This document shows positions 46,991 to 55,444 of a stretch of DNA of 64,000 bases, in pieces. This DNA is from a virus, in the IMG/VR virus record IMGVR_UViG_3300036893_000044, positions 6,192-70,191 of that record; one strand, 5' to 3'. The notes beneath the pieces were generated by a model that saw nothing but the letters and a program-made list of their open reading frames with translations, did no database searches and was not told where the DNA came from. How positions within the stretch are numbered: the first letter of the stretch is position 1; every line of letters starts with the position of its first letter. The translations under genes were made by a program, and so were the position numbers.

Positions 46991-47968
46991 ATGGCAGATA
47001 ATGCAATACAGGTTGTAGCTCCCTCCACTGCTTTAGCCAAACCAGAGACATTCGCACCTCGCACATTGCAGGAGGCGCTCCAGTTTGCGGACTTGCTCAT
47101 CGAGTCCAAAATGCTCCCGAAGTCATACCTCGACAAGCCCCCGGCTGCGATTGTGGTCGCCATCCAGTTTGGCATGGAACTCGGAATGCAGCCCATGCAG
47201 AGTCTCCAAAATATTGCCAACATCAATGGCCAACCTGGAGTCTGGGGGGATGCTGCTCTCGCACTCGTTCTCAACTCGGGCCTCTGCGAGTATTACGAGG
47301 AAGATGACTTTGAGACCATCAAGAAGAATCAGAAAGCTGTCTTTGTCATCAAGCGGCGCGGCTTCCCGAAAGCCAAGACAACCACTTTCAGTTACGAGGA
47401 TGCAAAGACTGCTGGCATCTTCACCAATGCTGTCTGGAAGACATATCCGTATCGCATGTGCCAAATGCGCGCTCGCAGTTTCGGCTTACGCGGGTCATTT
47501 CCTGATGTTCTCAAGGGCATGGAACTCGCTGAGGCGTTGCAGGACTATCCCGGCACCACCATCGAAGCCGAACCACAGCGCTCCACTCCTGCAGCCGCCG
47601 CCGAGCAGAAACCGGCCGCCGAGGAAGCCATCGGACAGAGTGGCGGCAGCGACTGGTATAAAAAGTACAAGTCCAACGGGTACACGCCGGAAGAAGCGAA
47701 GAAGTGGCTTGCCGACAATCTCCAGATTGGCCCGCCGCATAACGACAAGAACTCGAAGGACATTCCGGTTTCGAAGAAAGATGCTGCCTTCGCATGGGCC
47801 AACACTCCGTCGCCAATCAAGACCGCTGTCACTCAAGCCTTCGATATACTCGGCTTCACTCCTGACGAGCGTGTCGCATTCTTCGCTCTGCACAAGGACT
47901 TCAAGACCGTCCACGAAGCCTTGCTGGCGGAAGCGCAGAAGCGCGATGCGGCCGAGCGCGGCGAGTAG
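46991..47968 (+). CDS. recT: RecT/Redbeta-superfamily single-strand annealing protein
   Basis: G.ELG..PMQSLQNIA.ING.P..WGDA, W..YP.RM...RA..F.LR..FPDVL.G. Confidence 0.85.
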   Translation: MADNAIQVVAPSTALAKPETFAPRTLQEALQFADLLIESKMLPKSYLDKPPAAIVVAIQFGMELGMQPMQSLQNIANINGQPGVWGDAALALVLNSGLCEYYEEDDFETIKKNQKAVFVIKRRGFPKAKTTTFSYEDAKTAGIFTNAVWKTYPYRMCQMRARSFGLRGSFPDVLKGMELAEALQDYPGTTIEAEPQRSTPAAAAEQKPAAEEAIGQSGGSDWYKKYKSNGYTPEEAKKWLADNLQIGPPHNDKNSKDIPVSKKDAAFAWANTPSPIKTAVTQAFDILGFTPDERVAFFALHKDFKTVHEALLAEAQKRDAAERGE

Positions 47969-48068
47969 AGTCTACGCATAGACAGGATTCAGGAGCAGGT
48001 TCACGGCCGGCCTGTGTATTCCGTGGGGTGCGAGGCGGAACACTGATACGCACAAAGGAAAGGAATAA

Positions 48069-48383
48069 ATGCAAAACGATATTCAAGGGCGAGAACTGGG
48101 GACCGGGTACATCAACCCGATCTATTTGCGCATCGGCAAGTACAACGGCGGCAAAGCGGTTTACCGCTCATGTCATTTTTATGTGGTCACCGGCGACAAT
48201 CAGTTGGACTTGTACCGCTGTAGCGGTATGCGCATCGAGCGCTTTGCCTCGTTCAACAACGTGAGCTTCGTTGAGGAGATTGACAACTTTCCCGAAGAGG
48301 AAGTTGCGGCAGCGCCGGAGCCGCCGGCAGATGAACCCACTGAGGCGACCGGCACCATTTCAGACGACGACATCCCATTTTGA
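48069..48383 (+). CDS. Small protein with SSB-like acidic tail
   Basis: C-terminal DDDIPF; follows RecT. Confidence 0.55.
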   Translation: MQNDIQGRELGTGYINPIYLRIGKYNGGKAVYRSCHFYVVTGDNQLDLYRCSGMRIERFASFNNVSFVEEIDNFPEEEVAAAPEPPADEPTEATGTISDDDIPF

Positions 48384-48401
48384 CATCCCCGCAAGGGGAG
48401 A

Positions 48402-48549
48402 AATACGTGACGGCGACCGGAGCGCACTCCGGGTTGAAATCCTATTGACGCCTACATGCCGGAAGAGCCGCCGAAAATGGATGCGGCGAAGAAAGGGTAG
48501 GAAGGCTGGCCGGGATCCATGGTCACCGCGAGTCAGCCCGTCACGTATT
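48402..48549 (+). ncRNA. Structured RNA A (multibranch, 12-bp closing stem)
   Basis: AATACGTGACGG/CCGTCACGTATT closes hairpins CCGGAG/CTCCGG, CCTAC/GTAGG, GCCGC/GCGGC, GGCTG/CAGCC. Confidence 0.55.
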
Positions 48550-48594
48550 GAGATTGAGTTTCCGGTCAAACCCTAGAGGTAAACTGACCGGAGA

Positions 48595-48903
48595 AATGCG
48601 CGGCGGCGTGGAGGTACACGCCACTGTTAGTAGGCGGATGAGGTAACAGAACTCTATGAGAAGGATTAACCCAGGGAAGCGCGAGCGAGAGGCTAGAAAA
48701 CGCCATAGGCGTGGCCGTATCTGGAATTCAGGTATGGCAGCGGAGTCAGCGCCGTTGAAGCTCGGCTCGAAAAAGATACATGCTTACGTGGGCCGTACCT
48801 TATCAAGACCATCTGTGGCTGACGCCGAAAGCAGTGAACCAGCGGGGATTCTGGAGCGCTGATTCTAGGACTGGAGCCGACACAGAGATTCGGCCCGCGC
48901 ATT
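48595..48903 (+). ncRNA. tRNA-like structured RNA B with large internal insert
   Basis: AATGCGCGG/CCGCGCATT acceptor-like stem, GCGTG/CACGC D-like arm, GCCGA/TCGGC T-like arm. Confidence 0.5.
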
Positions 48904-48926
48904 AAACATTCACGGAAAGGAACGGC

Positions 48927-49112
48927 ATGCCAATCTGGATTCTCGAAAAATCGAAGGACAACGGTGCGACCTGGAGAATCGACCAGCCGTACCACCTCTA
49001 CAAAGAGGAAGCCAAAGCGCTCGACGCGGCAACCAAGCACAACAACTTCTCTCGCGGTCAGAATCGCTGGATATGGCGCGCCGCAGAGTATCGCCCGGTG
49101 GTGGCCGCATGA
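48927..49112 (+). CDS. Hypothetical protein
   Basis: GGAAAGGAAC RBS. Confidence 0.55.
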   Translation: MPIWILEKSKDNGATWRIDQPYHLYKEEAKALDAATKHNNFSRGQNRWIWRAAEYRPVVAA

Positions 49113-49381
49113 GGATCGAATTCATCTATTGGCCCGGCAACACCGAGATTCAACTCGTCGAAGACTTTGACCTCGACGGCTGGACGCAAGTTAAGGATCG
49201 TTTCTACACCTCCGCCACCCACTTCTACGAGAACACCGACCACGGCATGCAGGAAGGTCTGCGCGCTGCGGAAGCGTTCGCTATGCTGGGCAAGACGCAG
49301 CCGGCGCCGCGGATCGGCGGCGACTGGGCGGAACATCATCCGGAGATGCAGCGGTGGCGGGAAAGGCATAAGGATGCCTAA
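49109..49381 (+). CDS. Hypothetical protein
   Basis: ATGA coupling. Confidence 0.5.
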   Translation: MRIEFIYWPGNTEIQLVEDFDLDGWTQVKDRFYTSATHFYENTDHGMQEGLRAAEAFAMLGKTQPAPRIGGDWAEHHPEMQRWRERHKDA

Positions 49382-49655
49382 GAGCGCGCAGCCCATCGAG
49401 AAGACCGACATCACCGAACTCGAACAGGCCATCGTCGCGAAGGTGGCGACTGCGAACTTTCCGCCTGCAACCGCGAGTAAGCGATTCATCGGCGATCTGT
49501 CGGCTGGCTACATCAAGCAACTCTCCGACAAGGGACGGATGTTTCTGGCATTCATCGCAAAGCGGTTCCGGCGGCAGTATCAGTTGAGTGCGGAAGAGCA
49601 AGCTTATGTTGACGAATGGAATGCGCGATTTGAGAAATTGGAGCCGAAGCCATGA
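49374..49655 (+). CDS. Hypothetical protein
   Basis: F.P.T.SKRF..LS.K...L...RFRRQ phage motif. Confidence 0.55.
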   Translation: MPKSAQPIEKTDITELEQAIVAKVATANFPPATASKRFIGDLSAGYIKQLSDKGRMFLAFIAKRFRRQYQLSAEEQAYVDEWNARFEKLEPKP

Positions 49656-50122
49656 ACATCCTCTCCCGCATCTGGCCCTGGTCGAAGATTCAGCGGCTGG
49701 AAAAAGAAGTTGAGAACCAGCGCTTCTATCACTCCAAGACGAGCGATTTTGCGGCGCAGTGCCTCGCATACATCGACCACCTAGAACCCGACGTGCAGCA
49801 CTTTCGCTTCCAAGGGAAGCTATTTTGCATGGGTGTCGATTACTGTAAACGAGGTTATCCATGTGCCGAATCCGCGCATGAATATCAAAGTGGAGGGATT
49901 GGAGTTATGAACCTCTATATCATCTGCGACAAGAATAATGCCGTGATGAGTATCGACAGTGTTCCTATCTTCGGGGAGCATGTGTCCATACCGGCGATAT
50001 TCAACGAGGAAGAAGATGCGCTTGCGGTGCTTTTCAAAATCGAGAGCCTGAAGTTGACGGATGTGCCTCATATGGTTCATAAGATTACCGGTGGATTTAC
50101 GGCTGTGAGGGAGATGCTTTGA
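49652..50122 (+). CDS. Hypothetical protein (possibly two fused ORFs)
   Basis: Internal GGAG-ATG near 49907. Confidence 0.45.
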   Translation: MNILSRIWPWSKIQRLEKEVENQRFYHSKTSDFAAQCLAYIDHLEPDVQHFRFQGKLFCMGVDYCKRGYPCAESAHEYQSGGIGVMNLYIICDKNNAVMSIDSVPIFGEHVSIPAIFNEEEDALAVLFKIESLKLTDVPHMVHKITGGFTAVREML

Positions 50123-50775
50123 GCACGACCATCATCCACGGAGGCACCTTTCGCACCGAGCCGCACGAATACCGCTCGGATGCCGGAGTTTGGACACCTT
50201 CATTGACGCAAACACTCCACCTCGCAGGCCTGTCCAACTTCGACGGAGCAGACCCCGACGACCTCGCCAACGCAGCCAGGCGCGGCGACCTGCTCCACGG
50301 CGCGGTCGAGGTCTACAACAAAGATAGAGAAGGGCTGGACCCCTGCTGGATCACCGAGGAGATTCAAGGCTACTTCGAAGGCTATTTGAAGTTCGAGCGC
50401 GACACTGATTTTAAGCCGGATCCAGCTTGGACCGAATTGCCGATGATCGTGACTATCCAGGGCATGCCTTTAGGACTCAAACCGGATTGCTTCGGCAGGT
50501 TAGGCAAATGGGATGCGGTGGTCGAATTGAAGGCGGCGATCTGCGTACAGCCGTCGTGGAGTGTTCAGACCGCAATGCAGGAAATGGGTATCTTCAAGTC
50601 GAGTCATGTTGGCCGGGTCCAGAGGTTCGCATTGCAACTCTTTAAGGATGGCCGGTACAAACTGCATCCGCATTTGAATCATCAGGAGGATGAGGCTATC
50701 GGAATCGCGGCGCTGAGGACGGTGCATTATCGGCTTAGCAAAGGACAACGTTTGTGGGAGAAAGTGAACGCATGA
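50119..50775 (+). CDS. PD-(D/E)XK Cas4-like exonuclease
   Basis: H.Y..PS.TQ..RG..LH..E..PD..VELK..Q. Confidence 0.75.
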   Translation: MSTTIIHGGTFRTEPHEYRSDAGVWTPSLTQTLHLAGLSNFDGADPDDLANAARRGDLLHGAVEVYNKDREGLDPCWITEEIQGYFEGYLKFERDTDFKPDPAWTELPMIVTIQGMPLGLKPDCFGRLGKWDAVVELKAAICVQPSWSVQTAMQEMGIFKSSHVGRVQRFALQLFKDGRYKLHPHLNHQEDEAIGIAALRTVHYRLSKGQRLWEKVNA

Positions 50776-51791
50776 GCAGAGACGAGAATCTTGTAGTAAG
50801 AATTGAATTTGGTTCGCACCTCTACGGCACGAGCACGCCGACGAGTGACCATGACTATAAGTCGATCTACATTCCGAATGCTTCCGATATTCTGCTCCAG
50901 CGGGTCAAGGGATCGACTGGCCACAAGGTCAAGCGATTTGAGCGCGAGAAGAATGCGCCAGACGATACAGACGATGAGGCTTATTCTCTCCAGCGGTACC
51001 TCACTCTTCTGGCGGAAGGGCAGACCGTCACCATTGACATGCTATTCGCTCCCAAACCGCTGATTTCTACGCCGCTCTGGGATGAGATTCGCTTGAACAA
51101 GGACCGCTTTCTGACGAAGAAAAGTGCGGCCTTCGTCGGCTACTGCCGGACCCAGGCGAACAAATATGGCATCAAGGGTAGCCGGGTAGCGGCGGTAAAG
51201 AAGGCCGCAGACTTCTTTACCGATTGGGCTGGCAAGTTGGCTCAAGGAACGCGATTGCGAGAAGTGGCTGATTTGTTGCCAGCGTTGTGCGATGAGCACA
51301 CGAAATTGGTTAGTTTGCCGCGCAAGGAGCAAATTAACGCCAATTCTGGCGGGTGGGAGTTTAAGGAGCGATTTGACGAATTCTTTGAGTGTTGTAACCG
51401 TAAGGTGGAGTTCGGTAATACATTGAAAGAGGCAGCAAAAATCTTCTCACACATCTATGAAGAATACGGCCATCGGGCTAAATTAGCGCAGGCTAATGAG
51501 GGCATCGACTGGAAGGCGCTGAGTCATGCTGTGCGTGTGGCGAACGAGGCTGTTGAATTGCTGACCACCGCCAACGTCACTTTCCCGCTTCCAAATGCCG
51601 AGCACATCCTTGCTATCAAGAAAGGGCTGCTTTCTTATGATGAAGTGGCCGAGGAGATTGAAGGCTTGCTATTGGAGGTCGAAAAAGCATCAGCGGTATC
51701 GACATTGCGAGATGACGCTGACCAGGAGTTCATCGACTATCTGATTCAGCGCGTTCATCGCGAGTCTGTTTTGAGCGAGGTCACCGCATGA
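50772..51791 (+). CDS. RlaP-like DNA-polymerase-beta-superfamily nucleotidyltransferase
   Basis: FGSHLYGTSTPTSDHDYK, GY...QA.KYG.KGSR, DWKALSHAVR, IK.G. Confidence 0.85.
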   Translation: MSRDENLVVRIEFGSHLYGTSTPTSDHDYKSIYIPNASDILLQRVKGSTGHKVKRFEREKNAPDDTDDEAYSLQRYLTLLAEGQTVTIDMLFAPKPLISTPLWDEIRLNKDRFLTKKSAAFVGYCRTQANKYGIKGSRVAAVKKAADFFTDWAGKLAQGTRLREVADLLPALCDEHTKLVSLPRKEQINANSGGWEFKERFDEFFECCNRKVEFGNTLKEAAKIFSHIYEEYGHRAKLAQANEGIDWKALSHAVRVANEAVELLTTANVTFPLPNAEHILAIKKGLLSYDEVAEEIEGLLLEVEKASAVSTLRDDADQEFIDYLIQRVHRESVLSEVTA

Positions 51792-51994
51792 CCCTCTTCA
51801 ACATCTTCGTCTCCGAACTCAAGCGTAGCCCGACCCTGATCATCTCCCGTCAGACGATGAACGGCGTGTACCCGGATCGGCCTGCGACAGAGGCAGCGAC
51901 CGCATTAGCTGAGGCTACGGATACGGAAGTCTTCGTGGACGACAATGGCAATTTTCAATTCAACCCAGTGGAGAAAGGAACGCATCATGGATAA
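51788..51994 (+). CDS. Hypothetical protein
   Basis: ATGA coupling. Confidence 0.5.
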   Translation: MTLFNIFVSELKRSPTLIISRQTMNGVYPDRPATEAATALAEATDTEVFVDDNGNFQFNPVEKGTHHG

Positions 51995-53318
51995 CACACA
52001 GCAACTGCTCGCCTGCCTGAAGCCGGTCGAGTCTTCGATGTTCAGCAAGGCTGGCTACAGCGAGGATTATTGGACGCTGGTTCTGGCTTTCAAGTCCAGC
52101 AAAGAGATCAAAGCCTACAAGAACTGCGCGCCGGAGGTGGCGGACGAGGCATTGTCTGACAAGTCTCTTGGCTCTTGGTGGAACAAGCACATCAAAGGCA
52201 ACCCCGCATGGGAAGCCGAGATCATTGGCGTTGACGAGACTGCGCCGGCCGAGAAGCCGAAACCACAGCCCCAGGTTCAAGGCGGAATCACGGATACGGA
52301 TATTCGGAGTGTGGAACCCGGATGGAATGGGACGACGATCGACCCGATTCCATTGAAGCAGATGAGCGTCTCCGAGGTCGCCAACTGGCCGCAAGGCGAA
52401 GAGGCTGAATTGGCCCTCGATGCGGAGTTGAATCAAGACGACCGGCAATCCGCCATGACCACGCAGACCCACGGCGAACTCCTCGGAGCGTGGACGGCGC
52501 CGGAATCAGCAGCAGAGGCTTTAGACCTCATGTCCGAGCGCTCCGCCGAAATCAAATTGATCATCCAGCAATCAAAGTCAACCGGCGAGCAGGCGCTGAC
52601 CGTGCGCGTGACGGATGCCGATTCACATAAGGCGGCGAGTGAGACGCTGGCGACCTTGGTCAAGAAGAAGGACACGACGACGGCGTTGCTGGAGCCGTTC
52701 CGGGTCGTCCTTTTCTCCGCCTACGAAGAGGCGCGCGGCTACAAGGCCGCTGCTCTCACTCCGCTGGAGGCTGGCGAAAAACACATAAAACTGCAACTGA
52801 CAACGTACACCGCCGCGCAAGAGCGCATCCGGCAGCAGCAAATTCGCGAAGACAACGAGCGGCGTGAGCGCGAGGCCCGGGAATTACAGGAAGCGGAGGC
52901 GGCCAGGATCAAACTCGCCGATGTGCAGGACGCGATCGACGAAGGCGACGAGCAGCGAGCCCAAACCTTGTTCGATGCTCCGGCAATCCAGGTTCCCCGT
53001 CCGTATATCGCGCCGACGTATATCGCCCCCGCCGCGCCGAAAGTCGAAGGCCAGAGCACCTCGACCACATGGAAGGTGGATCGCAGTCTGGTCGAGGACG
53101 ACGAAACCGGACAGGCCTATGTGGCGAGCATCACGAAGTTGCTGGCGGCCGTCAAGGTTGGCACCTATCCAATTGAGCAGGCGGCGCAGTTGCTTCAGTG
53201 GGATTTCTCGGCTGCGGATAAACTTGCGGGAGCGCTCATGGCTGCATTTTCGGTTCCGGGCTTGCAGGCTGGACCGCAATCGACGCTGAGGGTTAGCCGG
53301 GGGAGGAAGAAGAAGTAG
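51987..53318 (+). CDS. KTSC domain fused to coiled-coil phage protein
   Basis: PVESS....GY....L...F....Y......S.G.W....IKG; C-terminal PKVEG.S...WK..VPGL. Confidence 0.75.
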   Translation: MDNTQQLLACLKPVESSMFSKAGYSEDYWTLVLAFKSSKEIKAYKNCAPEVADEALSDKSLGSWWNKHIKGNPAWEAEIIGVDETAPAEKPKPQPQVQGGITDTDIRSVEPGWNGTTIDPIPLKQMSVSEVANWPQGEEAELALDAELNQDDRQSAMTTQTHGELLGAWTAPESAAEALDLMSERSAEIKLIIQQSKSTGEQALTVRVTDADSHKAASETLATLVKKKDTTTALLEPFRVVLFSAYEEARGYKAAALTPLEAGEKHIKLQLTTYTAAQERIRQQQIREDNERREREARELQEAEAARIKLADVQDAIDEGDEQRAQTLFDAPAIQVPRPYIAPTYIAPAAPKVEGQSTSTTWKVDRSLVEDDETGQAYVASITKLLAAVKVGTYPIEQAAQLLQWDFSAADKLAGALMAAFSVPGLQAGPQSTLRVSRGRKKK

Positions 53319-53464
53319 GAAGGCAGGTGATGCCAAATGATCCCCGGAGACGGACCAAGACACAAACCACTGACACCTCGGCGTAGGCCTCGTACCGCCG
53401 AGTAGGAATACGGGGCACAATTTTAGTAGAGGAAGAAGAAGTCATGAGCATTACCGATATTGAC

Positions 53465-53992
53465 CTAAGGATTACGTTCAACGACGAGGCGACAAAGCCT
53501 AATAAACTCGTCAGTGGAAAGTTTCCATTTCATAAGGTTAATGGGCTTGTAAACCCACTGGATGTTTCCTTCTACGTATCCAATCGAGGAATCGATTCGA
53601 TCCAGAGAGGCGGTCGTAGATCCCAGATACCCAGCCTTAAACTTGGAAACAAGTTTGAGATCAATACCAGTAAGGGCGCATTTTCCTTGCTGCTTCAAGT
53701 AGACATCCCAAACAAATTCTTTAGTCACATTAAACTCGACTCCACGCGCAAAAGCGTTGCCGCGCACATGGCTAAACGCAACATTGATAGGATGTCGAGG
53801 GGATCGAGCAGTCGTATTCCAGCATTGTTTGCACTGCTTCGATCGACCATGAACAAGGTTTGTAGCGTGGATCTCTTGTTCACGCCCACATTCACATCGG
53901 CAGAGCCACATAGCATGACCGCGCCCTACCCCTACCTTCTCTATAACCGTCCACTTACCGAATACCAAACCACCTAATTGTGTAGCGTTCAT
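53465..53992 (-). CDS. HNH-like homing endonuclease 4
   Basis: FGKWTV..WLCRCECG, Q.GKCALTG, ASLDRIDS..GY..GNIQWV..IN.MK. Confidence 0.85.
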   Translation of the reverse strand: MNATQLGGLVFGKWTVIEKVGVGRGHAMWLCRCECGREQEIHATNLVHGRSKQCKQCWNTTARSPRHPINVAFSHVRGNAFARGVEFNVTKEFVWDVYLKQQGKCALTGIDLKLVSKFKAGYLGSTTASLDRIDSSIGYVEGNIQWVYKPINLMKWKLSTDEFIRLCRLVVERNP

Positions 53993-54005
53993 GGGGGAAT
54001 TGTAC

Positions 54006-54764
54006 ATGTCAATTACGGAAATTGATACGAGGATGAAAGAACAGTACGAGAACCGAACCCGGTTCATGCTCCCTCGTCGCACATTTACCATCATTCGCGT
54101 CGATGGCCGGGCGTTCCATACTTGGACTCGTGGCATGGAGCGCCCATATAGTCTTGATCTGATGGATGCCATGGATGCGGTAGCACTTGCGCTCTGCGAA
54201 GAATGCGCTGGCGCTCAACTCGCTTACGTTCAGTCAGACGAAATATCTGTGCTACTGACGGACTTCGCCAAGATCGACACCCACGCTTGGTTTGACAATA
54301 ACCTGCAGAAGCTCTGCTCTATCTCGGCTTCGATTGCAACGGCGACGTTTAACAATCAATGGCCCAACGAGAGCCGGAAATTGGCCCACTTCGATTCGCG
54401 TGTCTTCCAGATTCCAGATCCGGTCGAGGTTGAGAACTACTTCGTCGCCCGGCAGAAAGATGCGACTCGTAATTCAGTGGCGATGCTGGCGCAGCATTAC
54501 TGCTCGCCAAAAGAACTTCACGGCGTCTCCGTTGAGAAGATGCACGACAAGATTCACGAGCACGGCGACAACTGGGCTAACCATCCAGTGCGGTTCAAGC
54601 ATGGAGCTGCCATCGTCAAGGAAATGCAGCCGACCTATATGAAGGAAACAAAGGTGGGCCAGGTCGAGATTCCGCCGCACGACGAATGGCGCGTGGCGGA
54701 AACACCGATTTTCACGAAAGACCGGGAGTGGCTTTCATCGCGCATCCCGAGATATCCAGTCTAG
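54006..54764 (+). CDS. thg1: tRNA(His) guanylyltransferase Thg1-like protein
   Basis: RMK.YE, IRVDGRAFH, YVQSDEIS, QKL.S.SAS, FDSR, RQ.DA.RNS. Confidence 0.93.
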   Translation: MSITEIDTRMKEQYENRTRFMLPRRTFTIIRVDGRAFHTWTRGMERPYSLDLMDAMDAVALALCEECAGAQLAYVQSDEISVLLTDFAKIDTHAWFDNNLQKLCSISASIATATFNNQWPNESRKLAHFDSRVFQIPDPVEVENYFVARQKDATRNSVAMLAQHYCSPKELHGVSVEKMHDKIHEHGDNWANHPVRFKHGAAIVKEMQPTYMKETKVGQVEIPPHDEWRVAETPIFTKDREWLSSRIPRYPV

Positions 54765-54777
54765 GAGAACGATCAGT

Positions 54778-55002
54778 ATGCAAACAGGCACAGTAGTAAC
54801 ATGGAGCGATCCGAAGGGCTGGGGATTTATCAAACCAGATGAAGGCGGGAGCGATTTTTTCGTTCATTATTCAAATCTGATTTCTCCAGATGAGTACAAG
54901 AGTCTCAGTAAGGGATGGCGAGTTCAATTCGCCGTCGAGCAAGGCCCCAACGGCAAGCCGCAGGCAGTGCGGGTAACTATCCTCTCAAAGGCGGTGGCGT
55001 AA
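54778..55002 (+). CDS. csp: Cold-shock protein
   Basis: KGWGFI RNP1, FFVHYS RNP2, GKPQA. Confidence 0.9.
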   Translation: MQTGTVVTWSDPKGWGFIKPDEGGSDFFVHYSNLISPDEYKSLSKGWRVQFAVEQGPNGKPQAVRVTILSKAVA

Positions 55003-55003
55003 C

Positions 55004-55240
55004 ATGGCACAACGATCAATCCCATTCGCAACATCGAAGAACGTGCAGAGCATCCTTTACGATGATGAAACCCAGGTGCTGACCATTTCCTTGCAGGGCG
55101 GCACCTACGAACACAGCGGGGTGGACTCGCAGAAGGCGGACGGCTTCTCGTCGGCACCGAGCGCTGGCACCTATTACCACACCTACTTTTCGGCGCGCGG
55201 GCCGTCTGCCGGGGTTCATCCACATACGAAGGTTGGGTAG
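55004..55240 (+). CDS. KTSC domain protein
   Basis: S.NV.SI.YD.....L.I....G.Y....V.......S.G.YY. Confidence 0.8.
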   Translation: MAQRSIPFATSKNVQSILYDDETQVLTISLQGGTYEHSGVDSQKADGFSSAPSAGTYYHTYFSARGPSAGVHPHTKVG

Positions 55241-55444
55241 CCATGACTCGTCCGCGCAGGCATTTTCATCCACACGATGAGATTCCGTTTCCGGTATATC
55301 TAACGGGAGCGTTCTGCTTGTTTCTATGCGCTGTCGCGGTGATTATGATTGTCGCGGCCACGCTGACGATTGTCGTTAAATTTGCCGGGCATCTCGCGGG
55401 ATGGTGGTAGTGAGTATCGACAGGATCAGATAGGAAAGGAACGC

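Noticed and set aside
48595-48903. Canonical tRNA or tmRNA call
   Set aside because: No TTCGA T-loop, anticodon arm, G3:U pair or tag-peptide ending; kept only as tRNA-like.
50119-50775. CRISPR-associated Cas4
   Set aside because: No array or other cas genes, and no Fe-S cysteine set; more likely the RecT partner exonuclease.
53444-54006. Group I intron in thg1
   Set aside because: The endonuclease is antisense and fills nearly the entire interval, leaving no room for a ribozyme core.
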